Shown here piece after piece: positions 19,986-30,861 of a stretch of DNA of 36,780 bases (positions within the stretch are counted from its first letter, which is position 1; each line of letters begins with the position of its first letter). The stretch is taken from positions 793,502 through 830,281 of the forward strand of contig BCKZ01000009.1 of the NCBI GenBank assembly GCA_001600815.1. The letters run 5' to 3'. Source of the DNA: Alloascoidea hylecoeti (Eukaryota). A program made the translations under genes and the position numbers. The notes under the pieces are model-generated. The model searched no databases, was not told where the DNA came from, and was given only the letters and a program-made list of their open reading frames with translations.

Positions 19986-22205
19986 ATGTCCAGGTTCACG
20001 GAGGATATCCCTTTTACGGATTTGGACCAGGAGACCGATCCTATCATCAACACAGGTCCACACGAATCCGATAATTCAGTTTTTCAAATGGATTACGAAG
20101 AGGATCCAGGGTTCGGGTCCGACCATAGCGACCGAGGTCTAACAAAAAGTAAACCCATGTTCAGTCCACCATCATACTCCGAAATTAGTGGAAGTGGGAG
20201 CAATGTGAGCCGAGGGTCGAGCTCGGTAACTCGTGCTGTTCCTAAAGTTAAGAAGGTGCTTAAATCAGCAATGGCCAAAAGGAAGAAACGTTCCGGTGAA
20301 GGGTATGAGTTAACAGGAAGAAGACGAGGTTACAGGCGAGTAAATTTCGAGTCTGATTTCGAATCTGATGAGTCCGATGAGATAGAGATCGACCTAGAAA
20401 CACATGGAGCAAGAGGTTATCGTCGTGAGGTACAGATTCGTCGTTTCACGTTCGTGTTGTTTATTTTGTCTATATTGTTACTTCTATTATACTCAGCTTA
20501 TTCTTTATCCGGGGGACAAGGTGCACTTGCGGATATGAAGCCAATACTCAGCAATGGAACCTCCTTGTTTTATCCCACTACGCTTGTCATTTCTCTTGAT
20601 GGGTTTCATCCTCACTACATTTCCAAAAAGTTAACTCCCAAGCTTCATGATTTGTTGAAGAATGTTGGTGGTGCGCCCTATATTACCCCATCATTCCCTT
20701 CTTCTACGTTCCCCAATCATTGGACGTTAGTCACAGGTTTATATCCTTCTAGTCATGGCATTGTAGGAAACACCTTTTATGATACACACCTCGATGCTCA
20801 CTTCCACAATACAGTAGCTGAAGAAAGCTTGGATGTGAAGTGGTGGGGTGGCCAGCCAATTTGGCAAACCGCTGCTTTCCAAGGAGTCTCAACTGCAGTA
20901 CACATGTGGCCCGGAAGCGAAGTGCTATGGAATAAAGGCCAACCGGAATTCGTCGACAAGTTCAACAAAACAGAGAAGTTAGAACGAAAAGTAAGTAGGA
21001 TTCTAGAATTTCTCGACTTAGATATTAGAACGCGACCTGAGCTTATATTGTCTTATGCTCCCATTATCGATACTTTGGGGCATAAATATGGTATTGCTGG
21101 AGATGAATTAAGTGAAGGTTTACGACAAGTTGATAGCTTTGTTGATTCCCTTTTAGGTGGAATCGAATCTCGAAATTTGACTTCTATTGTTAATATTGTG
21201 ATTTTATCCGATCATGGAATGGCTCCTACCTCAAATGAACGTCTTATGTTTCTTGAAGATCTGGTAAATACTACTAAAATTGAACATATTGACGGTTGGC
21301 CATTATTTGGTTTAAGACCATATTCGGAATATTCAGTCGAAGAAGTTTATAATGAGATTAGGGTACACCATAAAAAATTAGATGATCCCAAATGGAGAGT
21401 TTTCCTAAAAGATGATCTGCCTGCTGAGTGGAACTTTGGTGGCTCGAATGGGGGGAAATTTCAGGATCGAATTGCTCCTGTTTGGATCATCCCACATGAA
21501 GGTTATGCTATCACCACCAGAGAGGACTATGCTAAAATGGATAATGACTTTAAGCCTCGAGGAATTCATGGTTATAATAACACCGAAGTTCTCATGAGAG
21601 GGTTATTTTTGGGCATTGGCCCATATTTTAGAGATGATCACAATAAATATTTCAAATATGAGCCGTTTGAAAATACTAATGTTTATGGAATTTTATGTGA
21701 TACATTAAACTTGCTCCCTGCTTTAAATAATGGATCAGCCACCATTGATGGTAATGGGAATACAAAGTTGAACCTACCAAAACTAAACAGTAACTGGGAA
21801 GATGAGCGACCAGCTTATCCTGGATTGAGTTATAAAGTCGATTACTTGAAAGAAGAAGCAACATTTGACATTTTATATAGATCAACTAATGACGAAGAAC
21901 CCGAAGTTCCACAAAATTTTGATACTCCTACAGATCATGATGACAGTGCTAAAGATGATATAGATCATAGTGATTCAAATCATAGCGATAGTAATAATAG
22001 TGATTCAAACCATAGTGATAATAATAATGAACAGACAGGAACAGAAGAAGACAATTCGAACCAAAATGGTGATGATAAAGGTAAATCTTGGGTAGATGAA
22101 ATAGAAGATCATGTATCAGATGCTTGGGATTCAGTAGAAGACTTTATCGAGGACATTGAAGATAAAATCACTAGTACAGGCTCTGATAAAGACGAAGATG
22201 ATTAA
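19986..22205 (+). CDS. NPP1: Ectonucleotide pyrophosphatase/phosphodiesterase (type II membrane protein)
   Basis: Cytosolic N-terminus and single TM (FTFVLFILSILLLLLYSAY); ISLDGF, PSFPSSTFPNHWTLVTGLYP (catalytic Thr), DTLGH, SDHGM, GIHGY; acidic tail. Confidence 0.93.
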   Translation: MSRFTEDIPFTDLDQETDPIINTGPHESDNSVFQMDYEEDPGFGSDHSDRGLTKSKPMFSPPSYSEISGSGSNVSRGSSSVTRAVPKVKKVLKSAMAKRKKRSGEGYELTGRRRGYRRVNFESDFESDESDEIEIDLETHGARGYRREVQIRRFTFVLFILSILLLLLYSAYSLSGGQGALADMKPILSNGTSLFYPTTLVISLDGFHPHYISKKLTPKLHDLLKNVGGAPYITPSFPSSTFPNHWTLVTGLYPSSHGIVGNTFYDTHLDAHFHNTVAEESLDVKWWGGQPIWQTAAFQGVSTAVHMWPGSEVLWNKGQPEFVDKFNKTEKLERKVSRILEFLDLDIRTRPELILSYAPIIDTLGHKYGIAGDELSEGLRQVDSFVDSLLGGIESRNLTSIVNIVILSDHGMAPTSNERLMFLEDLVNTTKIEHIDGWPLFGLRPYSEYSVEEVYNEIRVHHKKLDDPKWRVFLKDDLPAEWNFGGSNGGKFQDRIAPVWIIPHEGYAITTREDYAKMDNDFKPRGIHGYNNTEVLMRGLFLGIGPYFRDDHNKYFKYEPFENTNVYGILCDTLNLLPALNNGSATIDGNGNTKLNLPKLNSNWEDERPAYPGLSYKVDYLKEEATFDILYRSTNDEEPEVPQNFDTPTDHDDSAKDDIDHSDSNHSDSNNSDSNHSDNNNEQTGTEEDNSNQNGDDKGKSWVDEIEDHVSDAWDSVEDFIEDIEDKITSTGSDKDEDD

Positions 22206-22500
22206 AAAATTTCTTTCATTCGATGAAATTTAAATCAAAACATCCAAATGAGTGTAGAAAGTCGTTTTTGATAAGCTAACTTACTTTTTGTTTCATTGTG
22301 CTTTATTTATTTGAGTTAACTTTTATTTATATTCATCTTTTTTTGTTTTCATTATGCATTCTCATTTACTTACATAGTTGGGGCCCCATATATAATATAA
22401 CTTATAGATTCAATCTAATAACAATCCTTACAAATTTAAAATAACATGGACAATTACATTTCATCTCGATTTAATGCTACTTTATATTTCTATTATATAT

Positions 22501-24262
22501 CTATAATTTGGTAACTTTGTTTGATTGCCAACCAAATTGAAGTTTGGCACCAATGTTTGGATTTATGATAACATTTAATAACGATGCTTTTCCTTGCTCC
22601 CTTAGCAATAAAGCTTTGTTGAAGGATTCATATAACTGTTGGTAATCTTTAACGAAAAATCCATTAGCGCCAAGACCATTGGCTACAATATCATATCTTG
22701 TTTCCAGTCCAAGAGCAGTAGAAGGTAACATCTTGGGGTTACTTGTATAAATGTCAGGATCAGATCCATGATATATCCCCGAGTTATTCATAACAACAAT
22801 AATTAAAGGTAAATTATTTCTAACAGCAGTTTCAATTTCAATCAACGAGAATCCAACTGCCGAGTCTCCTTCTATTGCCAATATTAAGTTCGTTGGTTCA
22901 GCAGCTTGAGCAGCAATGGCGTACCCTAATCCAACACCCATTGTTGCATTTGTACCGGCATCCAATTTCTTCCGTGGATGAGACACGGGAAATGACACTC
23001 GAGCGATATCCATGGTATTTGCACCTTCAGAAACATAAATGATTTCATCTGGTTTGAAACGAGATTTAGCTAAACAATCCTTAATAACTTTATAAACCGA
23101 TTGATATGACATGGGTGTCTTAAAACTTGTTTCTTTAGATAATGCTTTTGAAGAATTAACAGATTTTTTCTGAATTATCTTGGAAGGCAATTGAGGTGCT
23201 TTCCAATTGATGCTTTTTAGTTCATGTGATAGTTGTGTAGTTACTAATTTCAAATCACCTAATATTCCAAGGCTTGCATCTCCAGTATTATTACCGATTT
23301 CTTCGGCTTGTATATCAATTTGAATGATCTTAGCTTTAGGATGATACCTTGGAGGATCACCAAAATGTAGGATCCAATTTAATCGAGCACCAAATAGAAT
23401 GATAACATCAGCTGTTTTTAAAGCATCTGAACGCGCTGAGCTAACATTTGTATCATCCCATTCGTCTGGTATCACACCTTTACCCATTGGTGTTGGTAGA
23501 AATGCAACATTTGTCTGCGAAACAAGTTCTTGTAACTCTGATTCAGCATGAGCATATGCAGCACCTTTGCCTACAATAATCAATGGGAACCTGGCGTTTT
23601 GTAGTAATGACACAACTTTCGTGATAGAATCTGGATCTGCAGCAGATTTTGGAGCCATAATATCCGAGCGTAATTTCGCTAACGATAAATTAGAAACTTC
23701 ATCATCAGTTGGAGTTGAACGTATCACATCAGCAGGTAAGTCAACATAAGAGGGACCTGGTCTTCCAAAAATGGTGTTTCTATAAGCTTTCGATAATATT
23801 TCTGGAAATAATTGTAATGAGGTCGGTCTACCGGCAAATTTAACAAGAGGACTCAATAATGAAATTTGATCCAATTCCTGAAAAGCTCCTTTATATACTT
23901 GGTCTAATTCAACAGACCCCGCTAAGACTAACAAGGGTGTACAATTAACTGAAGAGTTAACGATACCGGCCATGGCATGAACAACACCTGGGCCACCTAC
24001 AACCAAAAGGACACCAGGCTTTCCAGTGAGATAACCATAAATAGAAGCAGCATATGAAGCGGATTGTTCATTTCGAAAAGCGATGAAATTGATCCCCAGG
24101 TTAATACAAGAATCTCCAATCTATAAAGTTAGTCAAACATTCAATTGAACCGATAATCATAATTGTAAATACCTCCACAATAGGGATTCCCACTATTCCA
24201 AAAACAGTTGTAACACCCAAGTTTTTCAAGCTTTGTGCAATTACATCAGCACCAGAAGTCAT
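22501..24262 (-). CDS. PXP1: TPP-dependent 2-hydroxyacyl-CoA lyase (HACL1/YEL020C family; exons 24262-24173 and 24120-22501; 569 aa)
   Basis: Exon 1 MTSGADVIAQSLKNLGVTTVFGIVGIPIVE joins IGDSCINLGINFIAFRNEQSASYAASIYGYLTGKPG across a 52-nt intron (24172-24121, GTATTT..GACTAAC..TAG). TPP motif EGDSAVGFS..NN; LDAGTNATMGVG; PTS1-like C-terminal TKL. Confidence 0.9.
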
Positions 24263-24462
24263 TTTTTTAATCTCAATAAAAGTCCTTTGAATAATAAATG
24301 ATTAAGCAGAAATGGTGTTTTATACTCCTCAGAGTTTCGCAATTTTCACGTGATTCACGGGCCGACTCCTTTCAGAGTTCGGATATTTGTTAGTAATTAT
24401 AATTACGATCAAACGTTATATTTTAACTTCTTCTATTTACAATCAATAACATATAACGTCTT

Positions 24463-25872
24463 TCAGCACACACAACTTTTATATGTTCTAGGAAATGGAA
24501 TCACATCTTTGATATTTTCAACTCCAGACAGAAAACACAGTAATCTTTCAAATCCCATGCCAAACCCGCCGTGTGGTACAGAGCCGTTTTGACGTAGCGC
24601 CAAGTACCATTTCATAGAGTCTACACTTATATTAGACGATTTCATAGATTCAAGAAGTATTTCTGCCGAATCTTCACGAAGAGAACCACCGACCAGCTCA
24701 CCAATGGTGGGTAGAAGAAGATCAAAACAGGCAACTGTTTTATTCGAGAAATGATTGTTATTTTGTGTCTTCTTCATGTAGAAAGGCTTAATTTCTTTTG
24801 GATAATCTGTAACAAACACGGCCTTTTTAAAGAATTCGCCTGATAACCATCTTTCATGCTCAGATTTTAAGCCTTCACCCCATACAGCTTTGTTCTCGGG
24901 ATTATCAAGCGGATAGTGTTCATTTATAATGTTTATAGCCTCCGTATATGTTATTCTTGGGTATTTATCTGTATTTGCTAACATATTCCACCTTTCCTTC
25001 AAAATTTCGGTTAATTCTTCGTTATTATTCACTTCTAAAATATTTGCTGACATTTCAGTGTCAGTTATTAATCTATCTCCTACCGATCTAAGCATCTCTT
25101 CCACTATATCCATTAGCTGATCTAGTTCTGTAATATGGGCAATCTCGGCTTCCAACATCCAAAATTCACTTAAATGTCTATTTGTGTCACTATGTTCAGC
25201 GCGAAAACAAGGGTTCAAACACCATACTCTTGATAATGAATGAGCCAGAACTTCTAAATGCAATTGAGCAGAAACGGATAAGAAAGTAGGAGAACCGAAA
25301 AAACTATTTTTTTCCTTAGAAGTTGAATTTATAGATTCGGTTGATTCCATTTGAAATAATTCACCAGCTCCTTCACAATCAGCCACAGTACTTAATGGAG
25401 GGTTAACTTTGATAAATTCTAAACCTTTGAAAAAATCAGCTAAAGAATAATCGAGCCAAGATCTAAACCTTAGAATGGATCCTCCAGTCTTCGATTTCCA
25501 CCTGTATTCTGGTATACTTCTAAGAAATAAATTTGTATGGAATTTTTTTTGTAGTGGGTAATCTGGAGTTACTGGACCTACAATTGTGATATCCTCTGGT
25601 GTTGTTAACAGTTCAGCTTCTTGTTTACCTTGAGAAGGAACCCATTTCCCTTGTATTTCCACCGCCACTCCAGTCCCAAGGGCAGACAGAGTATTAGAGG
25701 ATTGAGAAGTGGTTGAAACAACAGGAAGAGCGATATGTGAAGAACCATCTGTAAGATCCACAAACGCAATTTTTTTCTGTTTCCTGATGGAATTAATCCA
25801 CCCAGATACTCGCACTTTCTGGCCGAGTGGAGGAGTCTTGATCAACGACAGAATTGAAGTTGGAAGCTTCAT
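24463..25872 (-). CDS. SLM5: Mitochondrial asparaginyl-tRNA synthetase
   Basis: OB-fold start VRVSGWINSIRKQK..FVDLTDGS; DCEGAGELF; motif 2 FRAEHSDTNRHLSEFWMLEAE; motif 3 PHGGFGMGFERL; no cytosolic N-terminal extension. Confidence 0.92.
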   Translation of the reverse strand: MKLPTSILSLIKTPPLGQKVRVSGWINSIRKQKKIAFVDLTDGSSHIALPVVSTTSQSSNTLSALGTGVAVEIQGKWVPSQGKQEAELLTTPEDITIVGPVTPDYPLQKKFHTNLFLRSIPEYRWKSKTGGSILRFRSWLDYSLADFFKGLEFIKVNPPLSTVADCEGAGELFQMESTESINSTSKEKNSFFGSPTFLSVSAQLHLEVLAHSLSRVWCLNPCFRAEHSDTNRHLSEFWMLEAEIAHITELDQLMDIVEEMLRSVGDRLITDTEMSANILEVNNNEELTEILKERWNMLANTDKYPRITYTEAINIINEHYPLDNPENKAVWGEGLKSEHERWLSGEFFKKAVFVTDYPKEIKPFYMKKTQNNNHFSNKTVACFDLLLPTIGELVGGSLREDSAEILLESMKSSNISVDSMKWYLALRQNGSVPHGGFGMGFERLLCFLSGVENIKDVIPFPRTYKSCVC

Positions 25873-26368
25873 GAAATTATGTTTATCTACTGTTCATAAA
25901 ATTCTATAGTTGAAAAAGGTGTAAGAGTGCACGTGTGTACCTCCAAACGTCCCATTTAATAATAAATTATGATTTATCGTGCGAGACTAACGTTACGTTA
26001 GTGGAATTTTAAGGATGGGCAACGTTATTTATAAATATCGGATATATTCCACAGAACCAACATCTAAAACCATATACTATATGCAGACATAAGGAGAACT
26101 ACGAGGCATAGTTATTCTGGTATATGCTCGAATGGTCCGTTTATTCACCAATTGTGGTACTAAATGTAAACATACATGTAAAACATATAAGTTCCAAGAA
26201 ACCCTGGCTGTCTTCATTCCATTAAAACACGTCTGAGCCATAAACATAGCCTCCCGACTTATCCATGATCTTGAAGGTTTTTGAAACAATAATAATTTTA
26301 GGGTGGTTGGGTGGATACATTCAGTCTCTATCTGAAAACATCACGATGGACCTCAACAAATCTATGAA

Positions 26369-29191
26369 ATGGATTCTATCAAAAAATTAGCTTCCCAGAC
26401 GGGATTTCTGAGGAAGCAGATCATAGTAATAGATTCCAAAAATGAGAGGTTAGATAAAGATTTACAATTTAAAAGAATCCACTTGTCCCTGCTGGAACAA
26501 AGCACAAAGTCGATTCAACAGGCTGCCTTGAAAAATCAGGGAAACCAAAATCCTGGATATGAATGGAATATTGACCAGTCCTCTGTTAACCCCAACAAAC
26601 TGGCAAACTACTCATGGGATAATCTACTTCCTGATCCTCACAAAATGTTAAATTATGGCTCGTTGATCAAAGCTTTACAGCCGCGACCGATAATTCAAGC
26701 AAAATTATATTCTTTAATCCCTCCTTCAGATTCTTCTTCGATATTACCCTTGGTCTTCTCATTGTATTCTAATCTGCCTCCACTGGAGAAGCAACAGCAT
26801 CTTTTAAAGGTGTTTGACAGCCTATTGCCCCTATCATTTGATAATGTGAAGTCCGTACACGATCTATTGAGATCAATGAGACCAAATTCGCCCTTTTCTA
26901 AATGGTGCTCTTATTATGTCAACCAAGATCCAGATCATGAAGAATACTTGCACAACTGCTTTAAGGACTGTCTTTCCGAAATTATGGACAAAGAAGATAG
27001 CGAGGAAATGAAGCAGTTCGAAATCAGTAGAGAAAGATTAGTTTCAAAATTGGATCCCTTGGGACAAAGCCCCGAAACACTCGACTCCGACGTTTCCAAG
27101 ATCATTGAGCGAAGTATTGATTTATTGGTGGAATCGTTAGACTCATTAGTGAATGCTATGCTGATCAACTTCACAAATGTTCCGTACGGAATAAGATACA
27201 TTTGTATACGTTTAAAACAATACGCTATACATCGATTTGGAAATGGTACCGCCTTGGACGGAAGTTTAATCACAATAGTTTCTTTCTTCTTTTTTTTAAG
27301 ATTTGTTAATCCAGCAGTAATTTCTCCTCATCGTTTTGGTATAATTGGTGAATCGTGTACTGGTGGAGATAATGGGGACTGTTCTGACGCTCCAGGCGTA
27401 CACTCTCAGAAATTACTGACACTTATTGCAAAAATATTACTACTTCTAACAAGCAATACAACCCAAAGAGATTCGGGTATGGATATATTAATAGTTAATC
27501 CTCATGTTGGTGATATAAAAGAAAAATTAAATGGGTTCTTGGGTATGTTATGTGATGAGCAGATACCATTTTATCCAGGTATGGGTCGATCTACTCATAA
27601 AAAAACTAAATCTAGTGCTTCCACTTCTGCTTCTATTTCTCAAGTAATAAGTAATCATATTGATAATATTAATGATATTAATAATGAAGAAAACCATGAT
27701 ATTGGTGACAATAATGATGCTAATGGGCCTTTTAATGATAAAATTAGAGATATTGGATACATTCCACTTCAGATCAATCAAATTTATACTCTTCATTCAT
27801 TACTTTCTTCAAATATGTCTCAGTTTTTGATATATCCTGAATTCACACAAATACATGATGTTTTGATCCAACTGGGAAATCCTTTACCTTTGCTTCCTAA
27901 AATGGCAGATTTTGTCGTCAAAGTCCCTGTATTAGATGACGGATTAAGTTTAATAAAGAGTGAACTTTTAAGAGATGGTGGAAGAGTGATTGATGTAAGA
28001 AACAGTGCCATCACAATTAAGAATAGAAGTAGTTGGGAGGTTGAATTAGGGAAAGAAATGAATGGGCTGAGAATGGCTGTAAAGACCGTATTCCTTGATG
28101 TTCCTTCGGCTACATTTGATGAACTTGAAAAATTGGATTCGGAAAATGGAAATGGTGATAATGATAGTGATGAAATACCCGATAATTCCACTATTAATCA
28201 AAAACTTAAATTACAGTCTCTTTTGGAAATTCTTAAAAACCACGAAGGAGAGTCCAAGGATTTACCATTGAAGATTAAAAAACTTGATTCATTTTTAAAT
28301 CATACTATACTCCCAAAAGCTGATGTTTTGGATATATTCGAATCTGAATTAGTTCTTGCTCAAACATCACTGAAAAGATTTCAATATAAACTCAAATATT
28401 TGAATCATCAGTTGGATATCGCAAATAGACTAAGTGATAAATTACAGAAACAAATTAATAGTCTTGAAACACGATTGAATACATTTGGCTCAAATAAAGA
28501 AGGTGAACAGGTAAATGATGTAGAATTTGCATCACCACAGACCATGTTTATATCAATTTTTGAAAAGCCTGGTCATAATAATCATACTTCCAAAGAGAGA
28601 GATTTACTTGGTGTCAGTGATCAATTTAAACCTATAATTGTCACATTACATCAATTACAAACGGAGGATATCATATTGGAGACAAGACTTCCTGCTTCAA
28701 GACAACCTCAAATTTTTTTCAAATTTTTTGCTCCATATGGGGATGAAATTACAATTAACATGTATTATGGAAGTAGAAAAGAAGCCTTAATTTCTATTGA
28801 TTTATCGTTAGAAGATTTAATTGATTTAAGTCTTGATAATTTCGTTTCAATTATTGAAGAAGTTGAAAAGAAGAAAACAGAAGTTATACCTCCCTCACCC
28901 GAGCCCACTACAGTTGATATGGCAGGAAGTCCTACGTTACCACATTTTGAACAAAATGATGAACCGAAACTCACAGAAACGGTTAACGAAGAAAGATCAA
29001 CTTTTGAATCACGATCACAGTATGGTACACTAAATAAACCCTTTTCTAGTTTGGATGGAAGTTTGAAAAACAATTCTTTCTCTGATTTGTTTTCTTTGAA
29101 TGGTAGAGATATAAGTGATGGAGTACTAGACTTGCAATTTTGTGTTTTTGATATAGGGAATTTGTTCGATTTCCTTTGTTCTCGATATTAA
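26369..29191 (+). CDS. Diverged Ras GTPase-activating protein of the S. pombe Gap1/Sar1 - Aspergillus GapA type (RasGAP + RasGAP_C)
   Basis: VPYGIRYIC, RasGAP signature FFFLRFVNPAVISP, finger region LLRSMRPNS, N-terminal coiled coil KNERLDKDL; C-terminal IDLSLEDLIDL..LDLQFCVFD as in the Gap1/IQGAP C-terminus. Confidence 0.82.
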   Translation: MDSIKKLASQTGFLRKQIIVIDSKNERLDKDLQFKRIHLSLLEQSTKSIQQAALKNQGNQNPGYEWNIDQSSVNPNKLANYSWDNLLPDPHKMLNYGSLIKALQPRPIIQAKLYSLIPPSDSSSILPLVFSLYSNLPPLEKQQHLLKVFDSLLPLSFDNVKSVHDLLRSMRPNSPFSKWCSYYVNQDPDHEEYLHNCFKDCLSEIMDKEDSEEMKQFEISRERLVSKLDPLGQSPETLDSDVSKIIERSIDLLVESLDSLVNAMLINFTNVPYGIRYICIRLKQYAIHRFGNGTALDGSLITIVSFFFFLRFVNPAVISPHRFGIIGESCTGGDNGDCSDAPGVHSQKLLTLIAKILLLLTSNTTQRDSGMDILIVNPHVGDIKEKLNGFLGMLCDEQIPFYPGMGRSTHKKTKSSASTSASISQVISNHIDNINDINNEENHDIGDNNDANGPFNDKIRDIGYIPLQINQIYTLHSLLSSNMSQFLIYPEFTQIHDVLIQLGNPLPLLPKMADFVVKVPVLDDGLSLIKSELLRDGGRVIDVRNSAITIKNRSSWEVELGKEMNGLRMAVKTVFLDVPSATFDELEKLDSENGNGDNDSDEIPDNSTINQKLKLQSLLEILKNHEGESKDLPLKIKKLDSFLNHTILPKADVLDIFESELVLAQTSLKRFQYKLKYLNHQLDIANRLSDKLQKQINSLETRLNTFGSNKEGEQVNDVEFASPQTMFISIFEKPGHNNHTSKERDLLGVSDQFKPIIVTLHQLQTEDIILETRLPASRQPQIFFKFFAPYGDEITINMYYGSRKEALISIDLSLEDLIDLSLDNFVSIIEEVEKKKTEVIPPSPEPTTVDMAGSPTLPHFEQNDEPKLTETVNEERSTFESRSQYGTLNKPFSSLDGSLKNNSFSDLFSLNGRDISDGVLDLQFCVFDIGNLFDFLCSRY

Positions 29192-29843
29192 CTTTGTGAA
29201 TTCATGACGTGAACATTAAACTAAATCTCTTAAATTATGCTATTTCATTTGTTGTTACTGACCTATCTTTTTATATGTTTTTTGTTCTCTCTTTGATTAA
29301 AATTTTTCTAACCACTTTTTTAATGATAGTTAATGGACATCGTTAGTTATCGAACATGATAACATGAACTAAGCATTCCCATTCGCTTATGCATTCTATT
29401 GTTCTATTTGTTCAAAATTTTCATGTAACTAAATGATGTATTGATCTTTCTATTTATCATATTCATTTTTCATACATTATTGTGCCGTTATAATATTATA
29501 TAAGGATATACCTGTCTTTATTACTATAGTTAATGAAGAATTTCATATATAGCTTATATATGCTTATTTACTTTTTCTAGCCTGTTTATTCCACGCAATA
29601 GTTTGTAATTACACTATTGTTGTCTTTCAATGACAATAGTTGTCATGCTCATATATATAAATTAAACGAGAGGTTTAAATAGTAATAATAACCAATGACA
29701 ATTTATTTCAGCTAATATAATTAACCGATTCAGTAGAATAAATTGATAACTATACCACACTTGCTTGTATACCTGGTAAGTAGTTCACTTTGCATGGAAC
29801 ATCATTAAGCCCATTAATATCGCATTTAATTGAAGAAAGTTTA

Positions 29844-30749
29844 CTATAATCTTTCAATACGAGCATCTTCTTCGGCTATTCGTCGGGCCTCCCGTTTTAC
29901 ATAGAAATTAACTCTCCTCATTAGATCAGGATTTCTCCTCAATTGATCTTTTCTTAACATTTTTTGACAACCTGAAACGGGACACTGTTGTGGACCATGT
30001 TTCAGGTATTCCATAACAGGCTTATATGAAAAAGAATGTGGGCATTGAGTGGAAGTAACAGGATCCTCCAATAATTTCATGGTCAATGGACAATTTAAAT
30101 CAATCCTACCACCAACAACCAATTCTTCATCAGAAGATTCAGAATCATTATTATCAGACCCATCATTTCCATTGGCATTTTCAAACCATGTACCAATTGG
30201 TGGTAATTCTTCATCTGGGTGGGTCATGGTCCAATACATTTCCTTCAATTCTCTAAATTTTGGATTCTTACCATATTTATCCTTTTCAGACTGTGATCGA
30301 TAACTGTTTTCTTTCTTTTCCTTTGCTAAATTAATTTCAAATAACTCCCCAAAATCTTTAGCAGTTGCCCTTTTTGATTTCATTTCATTCTCGTACAGTT
30401 CTTCCAGATAAGTAAATGATAATTCAGAATTTCGAGGAACCTCTGAAATACGTAGCATTTCAGCCTTTGTAGTTTCAAACGCGTTTTCAACCGTTTTTAA
30501 TTCATTTGATGCATCTATTAAATGTTTAGACTCTTCTTCTATTAAAACATAAATATCATTAACATCATTAACACCATCTTGAGATTCAATAACATCTGAA
30601 GAATCAATAATTTTATTGAGAGTTTCTAAAAGCAATTTATGGGAATTTTTAAGTGGATCCTCAAATGTTGACTTGATTTCCATTCGGGACAACTGATCAT
30701 ATTTATGTTCAGTTATCGGTAAAAGTTGAGGTAATTTTAGATCCGCCAT
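29844..30749 (-). CDS. MMS21: Smc5/6 SUMO E3 ligase Mms21/Nse2
   Basis: C-terminal SP-RING IDLNCPLTMKLLEDPVTSTQCPHSF..CPVSGC preceded by an acidic SDEELVVGG linker; helical N-terminus. Confidence 0.92.
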   Translation of the reverse strand: MADLKLPQLLPITEHKYDQLSRMEIKSTFEDPLKNSHKLLLETLNKIIDSSDVIESQDGVNDVNDIYVLIEEESKHLIDASNELKTVENAFETTKAEMLRISEVPRNSELSFTYLEELYENEMKSKRATAKDFGELFEINLAKEKKENSYRSQSEKDKYGKNPKFRELKEMYWTMTHPDEELPPIGTWFENANGNDGSDNNDSESSDEELVVGGRIDLNCPLTMKLLEDPVTSTQCPHSFSYKPVMEYLKHGPQQCPVSGCQKMLRKDQLRRNPDLMRRVNFYVKREARRIAEEDARIERL

Positions 30750-30861
30750 ATTTTTGTTGCTTTTTTGTTTTTATATTTATAGTTGCAAAAACACCAATTT
30801 TTGGAACATTTAGTCAAAATTAAAAAATATATTAAACAACACCCATTCATCCAACAATACA

